Source: a virus. Taken from it: a stretch of DNA of 64,000 nucleotides. Shown here in pieces: positions 54,701 through 62,600 of this stretch (position 1 is its first letter; every line of letters begins with the position of its first letter). The notes below the pieces were generated by a model. It was given only the letters and a program-made list of their open reading frames with translations, had not been told where the DNA came from and made no database searches. The translations under genes were made by a program, and so were the position numbers. The stretch lies in IMG/VR virus record IMGVR_UViG_3300020473_000017. One strand, given 5' to 3'.

Positions 54701-57700
54701 AATGGATCTGTTGTACGAGGATACGTCTTATTAGAACCATCATTATCCATCTCACAAGTAAATGTGAGTGAATTAGGTGCAATTAAAATTCTGTCTCCAT
54801 CAACAAATGGGTGACTTGCAATGGTAAGAACCATTTCACCTGTTTGTGGATTATAATCAGCACCAGTTGGTTGGAATTGATATGTGCTTAAACCTTGGAA
54901 TGTATGTGTAGTAGTATTAGTTGGAGTAGTACCATTAAGTGCATTAATAGTAATATCATTTCCATTAACAGCAGTTACAGGAGTTTCAGTAAGACTTGAA
55001 ACAAAACGCTCTACTGCTTCTTCTGAAATGAACTTGTTATTAGTATTAATTAAATTAGCAGCATCCTGAGTTAGGTTAGGTACAGTACCATATGTTGCTC
55101 TATCAAGAGTAATAGTTTCATACTGTTGAGGATGAGTAGTATGTGGATGTCTTAGAATTGGTAGGTTACGAATTACCTTAGCAGCATATCCCTTAGCATT
55201 ATTGAATGCAGTTACATACTTACTCTGATTACTTGTAGTTACATCTTTAAGGAAGTAATTAGCAGCATCATATACTCTGTCATTACCACCCCACTTAAGG
55301 TTGTGATAAAGTGACTTCTTAAGGAAGTCGGAAATATCATCAGTACATGCTGTATTACCAGTAGGAACACTATATCCAGTATCAGCAACCATCTTCTCAA
55401 CAGATAGTTCTGCAATCATTTCAGCATTAGCAGCAAGTAAATCTGCAGCATCTGCTTGCTTATTATTCTCTGGGAAACTATTTGGAGTTCTATATGGTTT
55501 TCTTAAATCAGTGAAAGTACCATCAGTTCCTGTATATGTTGTACCTTCTGCTTCATTTTTACCAGAACTATTAACGCCAAGATCAAGAGTGAAAGTTCTA
55601 TGATCTACAATATCCTTAATAGGCCATGTGCTGTTAAGACTAAATCCATTCGCGAATGCAGCGACACCTTTAATTTCTACACCAGCAGAAGTACCAACAT
55701 TAACTGTAACTGTTCCAGCTGCATCTACTGCTGTAATTGCTAAAGTAGCACCGTATGCAGGGTCAGTTGATCTTGGATAAGTATGGGATGTAGCATGGTT
55801 GTCTCTAGAACATGTAAAGCTTAAAGAACCATTAGCAATGACTAATGTGTCAGAAGTAGTAAAGGTATGAGCACCTATTGATAATACTAGGTCTCCTGAT
55901 ACAGGGTCGTATGTTGCACCTGTTACATTCTTTTGAACACTACCAGCAGTTATTGTAATAGCATTACTTGCTGTACCACCATCATAAATGTGAGCATGAT
56001 TCTTATATCCTCTATAAAGGTTATGTCCTTGATTAACTTTAATAGTGGCAACATCATCACTTACAGCCCATGAAGTAATTGGATGGTCAAACTCCATCCC
56101 CAATGCACTAAATGTAGTAGGTCCAATTACAAGAGTACTATTTCTAGTAGAAGACTTCTCATAATGAGACTTAACATATCCGTATGCTTCTTGTGCAATA
56201 AATTCTTGGTTAGCTCTGATAGATTCAGCACCATCCCTAAAGCGAGCAGTCTGAGAGATCTTGACAAATCCATAAGGAGAGTTCCTTAGAGATGCAAGAA
56301 CATAGTTATTAGTAGAAATAACTGACTGGTTACCAGTTGGATTAAGTTGTGCATCAAATACACTAATAGCAGATCTTACAACAAATTGTAAGGCATAACC
56401 ATCAGCACGTTCAATACGATGCGTAATGTACTTACGTCCATTAAGATCTTCAACGTTATCTAAGACACTAACTGTAGATCCACTAGCAGTTGCAGTATTA
56501 GTTGTTGACTGAATATTTGCTGTCCTAAGTACAAAGGTAACAGTTAAGTTGGAACTATTGTATCTACCATAACCCATACCCAATTCAGTGTTACCAGGTA
56601 AGGATGGAGTACCAGATCCAAGATCAAACTGGTCAATAAGATATGTTTTACTTAATGCTTCAGATCCAGCTCCATCAAAGTTAAACTTAAGACCACATTC
56701 ACCAAGTGACTGCCAGTTAGAGAATAATGCAGTAGTTAAAGTATTATCTACGTTAGCAATAGTAACTGTGACTTCGCCACTTGATAAAGACCAAGATGGG
56801 TTAGTACCTGCACCCCAGTTAATAGCAGAACTTTGGAAACCATATAAGAAAACTTCCTGACCAACTTCATAGTCATGGTAAGAAGTACCTGCTAAAGTGA
56901 AAGTTGGACCATTATATGTCTGTTGTGTAGCTAATGTTGTGTCCAGAGTTGCGATTGATAATAATCTTGTCGCATCTTCAAATCTTTGATATCCTAAACC
57001 TGTACCTGTAAGATCTAAAGTTGTAGGAGCATCATTACCATTAGCATCCTTATTAAGAGCGTTAGCAGCAGTAGCAGCAAATCTTACCCAATCATTATTT
57101 TCTTTGTAGATATAATAAGTTGTACCATCTAGAAGACCACCAATCGCACCCATCTTACTAGCACGATATACAACACCATCTCCAGTTGCATACTGGTGAG
57201 TGAAGATTCTCATATTATTCGATTCTGGCATAATACTACCAGAAGTGAATAGATGGAGACTAGTATCTGGAGATACCGCAGTTATATCCTTTCTACCTGT
57301 AGTTGAAGTAAGTGTAGTAGCATTTAACCAAGTATCAAATAGTTCAATAGTATCAGCATCAACAAACCTTACATAATATACTGTACCATCAATAAGACCA
57401 CCAAGAGCATTAGTGTTCTCATCTTTCTGATAATAAACCTGATCACCACTCTTAAAGCTATGCCCAGTAATTGTTATTCTATCAGTGGTTAGATTAACCT
57501 TAGTAGAATCAGCTGCAAATGCAGTTGTTTCTCTTTCAGAATTAACTGTATGCTGATAAATCTGGTTAGAGATAGTCTCTAATTCAGGTCTTAATGATTC
57601 AGCATCAACAACGTCAAAGCGATCTGATACACTTGGGTTAGTGATATCAGTGATAATATTATTTGCTACAGCATCATAGAATATTTTCTCAGCGTCCTGG

Positions 57701-59046
57701 AATACGTCGTTAACACCTGACGTAATTAAAACCTTAACAGTACCACTTGCATTTGGTGTTCCAGCTGGTCCTGTGAAATTAACTTCTTGGATAGTACCTA
57801 ATGTACCTGAAGATCCACCTTGTACAAAGTAACCAACCTGTAGAGTTATGTCACTACCTGTATGGTTGTTAAATGTAATAAGGAAGATGTTATCACCACG
57901 GAACTTATCACCAGGAATAGCTGGGATTTGTGCAAGTTCTGGTTCGTAGTATAATCTCTGCTTATCGTCAAATACGAATGCATACTTCCAAGTATGAATT
58001 ACTGTACTTTGTGGGTCAGAAGAGTTCTGTAGTGCATCTCTGAATACACAACCAGCAACATATGTTTCGTTAGATGCTTTGATCATGTGACGATCAGCAT
58101 TTAACGGTCTTACAATTACACGACGTAGGTTGTCACCAATAAGTGAACAGTTCCTAGGAAGTGAAATTGGGTTATCTTCTAGGTACTCACCACCAGAAAC
58201 GATCAGTGATACGTACTCATCACTAGGATCTGGCTGTGCTTTCTGTAAACCGTAAGCAATTTGTGCTGCTTTCTTAATAGTTTTTACAGGTCTTGCAGCA
58301 GAACGACCATCATTTAGATCACTACCAATAGTTTGAGAGACATATACACGTCCACCAGTGTCATTTGTAGCAACTTTATAAACAAAATCTGTAGTTGCGA
58401 CACGTCTTGACTGATCAGTCAGAGGTGGAGTATCAGCAGTTGGATAAAATGTTGTACCAAAAGTATTACTTGTTACGTCTGTATCTTCGTAGTTGATTAA
58501 ATTAGGAGCACGAAGAGCCAGTGCAGGGTTGATAATGGTCTGGATGTCTAAGTTAACAACCTGAGCAGTATCAGAAATGATAGAACGAGTGGTTCTGATT
58601 TGACCCTCAACGTCAAGTTCGTACTGAGGATCGGTAGTATTAACACCAACGCGAATATTATTTTGAGGATTTAAGTTTAATGTTAATGCATCTTTCTCAT
58701 TAGCATCAACACCAACAGATAATTCTACAGATTCATCCCCTTGAATACTTAAAGAACGTACTCTTTTATATGATACTGTATTACCAGCAGTAATTACACC
58801 TAAGTTTGAACTCTGGAATGAAAGATTATCATCATCTACCTTTGATACTGTATAAGTTCCATCTGTTTCACCGCCAGATGTGAAATCTAAGTATAACTTT
58901 TCATCTCCAATGAAACCGTGAGCAACAGAAAGAATATTAACAACACCAGATACCGTCCTACTATAAGTGGAGTTTACCCAATTACCTGTAGGAGTAGCAC
59001 CAGATGCCTGTATTCTTTGCTGGTCGGCATTAATCTTAAGACTCAT
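45781..59046 (-). CDS. Giant (4421 aa) tail-fibre/virion structural protein
   Basis: Split pectin-lyase-like beta-helix, repeated YPR..DP beta domains, helical C.DD repeats, GxGY repeats, DAD.LDG fibre repeats, SAGP...WTIV C-terminus. Confidence 0.85.
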   Translation of the reverse strand: MSLKINADQQRIQASGATPTGNWVNSTYSRTVSGVVNILSVAHGFIGDEKLYLDFTSGGETDGTYTVSKVDDDNLSFQSSNLGVITAGNTVSYKRVRSLSIQGDESVELSVGVDANEKDALTLNLNPQNNIRVGVNTTDPQYELDVEGQIRTTRSIISDTAQVVNLDIQTIINPALALRAPNLINYEDTDVTSNTFGTTFYPTADTPPLTDQSRRVATTDFVYKVATNDTGGRVYVSQTIGSDLNDGRSAARPVKTIKKAAQIAYGLQKAQPDPSDEYVSLIVSGGEYLEDNPISLPRNCSLIGDNLRRVIVRPLNADRHMIKASNETYVAGCVFRDALQNSSDPQSTVIHTWKYAFVFDDKQRLYYEPELAQIPAIPGDKFRGDNIFLITFNNHTGSDITLQVGYFVQGGSSGTLGTIQEVNFTGPAGTPNASGTVKVLITSGVNDVFQDAEKIFYDAVANNIITDITNPSVSDRFDVVDAESLRPELETISNQIYQHTVNSERETTAFAADSTKVNLTTDRITITGHSFKSGDQVYYQKDENTNALGGLIDGTVYYVRFVDADTIELFDTWLNATTLTSTTGRKDITAVSPDTSLHLFTSGSIMPESNNMRIFTHQYATGDGVVYRASKMGAIGGLLDGTTYYIYKENNDWVRFAATAANALNKDANGNDAPTTLDLTGTGLGYQRFEDATRLLSIATLDTTLATQQTYNGPTFTLAGTSYHDYEVGQEVFLYGFQSSAINWGAGTNPSWSLSSGEVTVTIANVDNTLTTALFSNWQSLGECGLKFNFDGAGSEALSKTYLIDQFDLGSGTPSLPGNTELGMGYGRYNSSNLTVTFVLRTANIQSTTNTATASGSTVSVLDNVEDLNGRKYITHRIERADGYALQFVVRSAISVFDAQLNPTGNQSVISTNNYVLASLRNSPYGFVKISQTARFRDGAESIRANQEFIAQEAYGYVKSHYEKSSTRNSTLVIGPTTFSALGMEFDHPITSWAVSDDVATIKVNQGHNLYRGYKNHAHIYDGGTASNAITITAGSVQKNVTGATYDPVSGDLVLSIGAHTFTTSDTLVIANGSLSFTCSRDNHATSHTYPRSTDPAYGATLAITAVDAAGTVTVNVGTSAGVEIKGVAAFANGFSLNSTWPIKDIVDHRTFTLDLGVNSSGKNEAEGTTYTGTDGTFTDLRKPYRTPNSFPENNKQADAADLLAANAEMIAELSVEKMVADTGYSVPTGNTACTDDISDFLKKSLYHNLKWGGNDRVYDAANYFLKDVTTSNQSKYVTAFNNAKGYAAKVIRNLPILRHPHTTHPQQYETITLDRATYGTVPNLTQDAANLINTNNKFISEEAVERFVSSLTETPVTAVNGNDITINALNGTTPTNTTTHTFQGLSTYQFQPTGADYNPQTGEMVLTIASHPFVDGDRILIAPNSLTFTCEMDNDGSNKTYPRTTDPFYNKYLGVIKVDANNIKVNVGKAKTDVTPHTFVSAAANSVTRAVVYNDVGFTQHSVTNAAYEPITGVLTLTIPGHGFTVGEKVQVAQDSLTFTCSMDDNFSKHTYPRSTDPALNVWKSVSNITTDTFDINVGTTPPVTFTPTNAVYTPTTGLMEITVGNHSLAAPTSHTVTDATLENHSGIMTVTINDHGFQEGDKINLAVGSITMSCPYGGGGNESYPKAGQPIAGKWINIWGVTTNTFKFDCTGGVALTVDDVHTFVSAVSNGLQHVKENIKLTTGAITFKCDEDSQSTEHAYPRALVDSHTAIGGTNFNVTGASYNAVSGDMVLTVGNGHGLTTSDSVFVKPDSLSFNCTMDGNTSTKTYPRASDPYYGKSIPVKAVGSDTITLNVGQSPLVQHTVTDATYDPTTGIMVLDIGAHSLKANTSVKIANQSLSFQCNTDSYGSDHLYPRASGQGGATSDDPAYDTAVNITAVTATTITLDVGTASDTSTHRWKPGFTATNAITSGGDYIHTWQGGTSAGAITKGGTHYFPSSGIVHVETTASHGMRNGDWVKLADNSITFSCAFGGASGPAAQKSYPRSGDPISGKWQKIFNVTSTTFEIQVLSTIPSTNTDAHAFVSATTGGITQKRDKSHNTSVPIVATTGTTITVDVGISSNTTTHAYQSALGNSVITGGNYAHSFVSATSNGVKRSTSSTINNYIPSSSTYTPATGDLVLTIGSNELLAPTTHTASGGAYDPTTGIMTVTINGHGFAVGDKVKFDVGAISFSCTHGSGGTTAYPRSTDPIANKWVIISNVTTNTFDVQVLDTVPSTNTTTHTYQGAAADAISHARSTVKIATNSIIYSCAQGGGNYTYPRITDPIAAARFSIPNHNQDCKDDVSDVLRAVAYNLVNGGNDAVYDHAGYFVGTTHVDGEEFYARAVMEIASDITQQVIANETVNIRGWHGVGQSKDLTITVDPGGCTTPKSTVDTLFSIVEQAIATDSLAHATDTSATTPTCTDVVSAIDTFFGIITTALGTDGSYGDLSAVTRTFSPGDQQCLDDILHIVRALQYDLRYTGNSSIVESANKYISSGAIAHVTQEVDYTRAIFAYAKELCIKAIRNDLEPGFFSNIAPVSNSSITIDSSAPECANVVSALTTNWGILDNVLSSGTLYSGTITEPDPLITEQDAAKYKFPLLNLFLDLPVVEASPFIQNSSVISFLGGSGCDIDGAKVATPNVPRPGLKLDAQGNSIAQFDPQGKSMVANAFTIISFGGTAYNVTNDGYTQVVSVFAIFCQDGVVCQSGGYASITNSASNFGTYSLRATGFREDPYSFDIGVIDSITNDVDNNQVESGRQVIQVSGTTLTNIPTEDYIIRIGGCNPTDPAVEHIILETEVVSGAPGTQVVAKITTNRSMDYTDTAAPNTRNSYANGNLSNLVNRSIQFHRPSVVNSSSHTWEYSGSGNTYAALPQNGGFGLGTAYEASEQAFGQVYTSGTNEFGDFKVGNFVTIFNRTGAISFVGTVSISELSSIKIVGGDITITGFSDDDNLGGAFASDSLLPTQASVKDYISNNLGPYLNQPYSTNAVPSALVQLTSSGKINIDQIPALRPFNITSVTSQVERLAIEDANAGDIAIETTAVDFSVAPASVNTGTEEITITAHGANTGDGLTYTEGTTAIGGLSTATKYFVIKVDDNTVKLASTSSNATNGTAIDLTGQGTGTHTFTTDGTAISYILENDLESQFLAFTPNSNYSFTNGAILTGSSTTARGTVQSFNDGQIYNFVITDGGADYTGDFALTISAPGGSGTQATATANVTSGIVTKVTITNPGSGYYSQPTVTAPNSPTNNNAVLAAQIEGRVNINIANNIKFDAGDFILDGAGANEGTGTYSQSGTTITVDETGHNLSNASLVFLDFTSGQGADGFYTISLINANQYTVTSAASASTSGNFARKRIVDLTRVINTSASNAANWTQLTSTNIDASNIVAGTIDPERLASRGVSNSYTFLRGDSSWEYALQAIRPATQDCIVIDGSVTDSTYIDTITITNGGTSYTDGTYQNLPLEGGNVSVTDSGVARATYTVTSGVITSATVTDSGTGYTAGFSITIPAEFGGGNGAILTAVKGTINRVYGNIEIDMRKGDNLTPAATVYGNYGVFRFRKDVANQAVGNQSEGGFVIDNDGQVTIDQGPGSELNADKLDGNHGAFYQNAGSLNAGTLDPARLANTTYNISISGTADTANRVFNETASLTSNPSPAQAANGISAALRNNSATGLTDGGTTHGIMTYRREATGSAAIQIGYTDNDNLWIRGNSGGNTVYGNWSKIWSGANDGAASGLDADKLDGSQGLWYQSGYNFGNSKGGINTPMGDMFLPEVLGQDKMVFENFYLNDSGLKYTLYIPDFHCRTGANGNINPSGTYTIYSDVGATNNIGSIVVDANGVSELTHTSGEIYSLVTGTIAFVGNNTNANIYVVGPNPGTKWTVTSSNPISSGSTTVIGLRDAAAGAKLQIGKGSVSTTPTVDFRSSGQAPDYDVQFYISGGNTNNGNGTLRINTGDITVNGNTVWHAGNDGSSSQLDAHYLDGFTQSTAANANTIARRDASGHLTVNDLTGDQGTFNNTGTGVLQLAGANGVDLGKAATNSLSIKGRNSGTVGYIRFGTDTNDFGWNGTHLSYNGVYFRNARLGVGQSNPGSPLHVTKDQDGLAAWATFESGAANDGRILLGTSGGSPSITWDDKDNDNAWVMGADDANVSYFVLKGFANPGAAATINAQATTGSCNLAIYQATGRWFINRAAGTGAGSRLNVGGAIETDNQLKSTVATGTAPLSVSSTTVCTNLNADLLDGYSALNLPYLQGVVNTWISDDGGQQRFYFANNSHTYIKTGDDFFFRNDSDQTFASWDQGGRCHFHEPGGNSIQSTYRVQVTGDSGLNLNASEGLSSGQKSTVLRAGGDKQWIDSHGVFKRNRNSVGESITVANGDCCMSAGPLTINNGSTVTIDNGGSWTIV

Positions 59047-59061
59047 TTCGTTCCTATTCTG

Positions 59062-59595
59062 TTATGATACTACTGTGATATCTAAAATACCAATCCACTT
59101 AACAGTAGAATTGGTTGTCACTGACTTCACTTCAAACGTGAAGAATGGAGCAGCTCCAATCAAGAAGGCATCTGGAGTTACACTCCAATTTTCCTGTCCT
59201 GGTGGATTATCCGTAATTATATTCTCATAACTAGATGCGACAGATGGAGTACCATCATTAGCAGTGGTCACTACAATATCAAATGTTGTTGCATAAACAT
59301 ATTGATTACTTGTAGTTTCCTGACCAAAAACTCTTGCCTTAATAAAAGATACCCTATCTGCAGCAAGTGCAGGGGTATTTCCAGCGAGAGCAGTTGTGCC
59401 ATCAAGTGTCAATTGTAAGGTATTGTTAGCAGCATCTGTTACTCTTTTAACAAGATACTTGTCATGCGTCGCATCAGCGAAATTATCGCTGACCATATGA
59501 ATTGCTGAAATGTTCTTGAGCTCGAAACTAGTGTTAACGACCTCTGTAGATCCTACAGCAAATCCTCCAATTGATGAGAAATTCTTTGTTGGCAT
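59062..59595 (-). CDS. Virion structural protein
   Basis: MPTKNFSSIGGFAVG start, beta-rich; TATAAATA directly upstream; lies between two giant structural genes. Confidence 0.75.
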   Translation of the reverse strand: MPTKNFSSIGGFAVGSTEVVNTSFELKNISAIHMVSDNFADATHDKYLVKRVTDAANNTLQLTLDGTTALAGNTPALAADRVSFIKARVFGQETTSNQYVYATTFDIVVTTANDGTPSVASSYENIITDNPPGQENWSVTPDAFLIGAAPFFTFEVKSVTTNSTVKWIGILDITVVS

Positions 59596-59617
59596 GACGT
59601 TATAATACCTTCAGGGT

Positions 59618-59625
59618 TATTTATA
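59618..59625 (-). promoter_or_regulatory. T4-type late promoter
   Basis: Exact TATAAATA overlapping the upstream TAA stop. Confidence 0.85.
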
Positions 59626-62600
59626 CCTTGACCTTAGTAGTTGTATATCTACCAGTAAAGGATGTGGATGTTGTTGCAGCAGAAGATTTATTCAAACTGA
59701 TATTTACAGCATTTGCCGCAACTGAAACGGTAGCATCCATCAAATCATTATCTGAAGTAATGGAATTAGTGACAGTAGCATGTGCAACAGTACCACCAGC
59801 AGCACATATAGCAGTTACTTCAAACATATGAACTTTTCCATCATCACTTTCAACAGTGATTAATGTCTTAGCTCCCTTATATGCTGTCTTATCAAACGCA
59901 GTGATAGATGCGTTAGAAGTGAATGTGGTCATTTGGCCACCTTCTACACGACAATCATCAAGTTCCATAAAGTCAGCAGTTGAATCAAAGACTGTTTGAT
60001 AACTTGCTGCACCACCAGCACCCCAGTTCTTATTAATCTTCCATAGTGCTTCAGAACCATTAGCATCTAAATCAATAAAGAATTTATTATCTAATCTAGT
60101 AATAAAGTTTTGAAGTAGTACGTCGTTTCTTGCATATGGAGCAGATCCTCCAGAAATTGTATCAACCTTAATTGTGACATCTTGGGAAGGTGATAATCCA
60201 CCAAGAAGTGTACCAGCAATAGTAATTACTTCCCCTACCTGGTAAGTAGTACCACCAGCATTAATTGCAACTGCAGTTACTGTTCCATTTCCATCTGTAG
60301 TAACATCTACGGTTAATCCAGTACCTTCAACCTGAGCAGTTGTTGCCAGTCCAGTGAATGATTGAGATGGAGTATATGATGTTGCAACCTGTGTTAATGT
60401 AGCAGCATCTAATGTAGCAACAACACCCTGAGAAGGAACATTACGTAATCTTAAACCACCAGTAATTTCAACGTCTTGTTGGCTTCTTATTGAGAATAAT
60501 GTGCTATTGCTAGATTTAATATTTAATGGATTTAAAGAAGAACTTGTACCATCAATGTTAAAGCTGTTTGGAATAGTATGAGTGAATGAAGTATTTGGAT
60601 AAACAACACTTGTCATGTTACCCTTAAAGGTCATTGTATCTTTGCTTATTGCAAGGTTATTTTGACCTTGAGCAAAGAACTCAAATGTATCTTCATCAGA
60701 ACCAGGTGCTGATTCAGTTAATATGTAAGTATCTTGGTCAACGTCTCTAACACCACCAAGAGAAACAAAGTCAGTTCCGTTGTAACCTTCAAATTGTAAC
60801 TGTGTAGTATTATATCTAATAGCACCAGGTCTACGATCTAAAGCATTAGGACGTTCGTTTGTAGTACCTGAAGGAACTATTAACGAACCTGTAGTATTAC
60901 ATAGAACATCGAAACCTGCAGATGGTTTAAGTTCAACACCTAGACCGTCAACATCAGTAATATTAACAGTTCTACCAGTACCACCACCAACAGCAGCAAT
61001 TGTTAAAGTATCACCTACAGCATAATTTTGACCTTTACCAACAACTGTAACCGCTGAGAAGTCTCCACCAGCAACAGTAACAGTTACGGTACATCCAGTA
61101 CCAACACCATTAGATGTTGTTGCGGTTGCAGTGTAAGTTCCGTCTGTATATCCAGATCCAGATCCAGTAACACTGGTTGCTAGTATCTGACCGAAGGATC
61201 TAGTTGCAGTTGTACTATTGTTTATTATTGCATTATCTAATATACGAAGCAATCCAGCATCAAGATTACCACTAACAGTTACATCACCAGTTAAAGTTTC
61301 AATCTTAAACTTCTCTGAGGAACCATCAGTAATACTAAAGTCTTTGTCAGTACCACCCTTAAATATGAAATCTCCACCACCCTTGGTTTCAAAGTTTAAT
61401 GGAATATCAACATTACTACCATCAACTTTAATAGTATTAGTATTATCAATTGATAAGAAGTTTGTAGCAGGTCCAATTGTAACTGCATTTGCAGTTGGAT
61501 CTACCTTGAAGAATGGAGCAACATTTCCAAGAGTGGAATCTATTTGAAGTTTAGCACCATCATATCCATCAGCACCAAGTCTAAATGTTTCTACACCTGC
61601 GATTGAAACTCCAATAACATCAGCAGCTTGTCTGAATAAACCAGTAGTTAGAGAATTATCAAAGTTTAATGTTGGAGATGCTGCAGCACCATCAGCAAGA
61701 CTTGCAGTTGTATTGACAAGAGTTGTGACACCTGCAGTTGTAATACCACCATTGAATGTTGCTAATCCAGTAAACGTGGATGTAGATTGTGCAGTTATTA
61801 CACCAGAGAAGTTTGCAGTTGTTCCAGAAACACCTGTGAATGCTGCACTACCACTTCCAGAAATACTCCAAGATCCAGAAGATACCTGACCATCTGGATT
61901 TAAAACTAATTGAGTTGCACCTGTAGGTCCAAGAGTTAGAACTCCCAATTGGGACATCTCTAACTGTTTAGTACTGTTTATAGTAGCAAGAGTTGCAGTA
62001 AGACCATTTCCCTGTGCGACATTAGCACCACCAACAGGACCAAGTATTAATGTATCCGCAGCTTCATATGCAGTACCTTCAGCAGCTACAGCTAGTGCAG
62101 TACAGAATCCAACGTTAGTAACGGTATATTGGAAACCAGCTCCACCACCACCTCCAACTGTACTATCATCTACAGAAAGAACATCTCCAATTGCATATCC
62201 AGCACCATCTAATGATATGTCAGTAACACTAGTAATACCTGTAGTATTAGTTTGAAGAGTATATTGGAAACCAGCTCCACCTTGACCACCAAGATCTACG
62301 TCATCTGCTAATAATACATCACCAATCTGGTAATTAGTACCTTGAGAAGTAATAGTTACAGTAGTAACAATACCACTAGCAACAACCAATGATGCAGTCA
62401 TCTGATCACCAGCATCACCTAAAGCACCAGAAGCGAATGTAATTACTGCATTCTCGGACATTCCAGTTCCATGGACTGTACATGAATATGTCGCAGTTGC
62501 AGTAGTTCCAGATACAGAAGCAAGAACAACTTCAAAATAAGATCCAGCATCTCCTGGAGTTCCGTATTGTCTAGTAGTTAAGTCTGGAACAGCAATTATT

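Noticed and set aside
45781-59046. Diversity-generating retroelement or invertible tail-fibre cassette
   Set aside because: No reverse transcriptase or invertase, and no near-identical nucleotide TR/VR pair was seen; repeats are diverged at DNA level.
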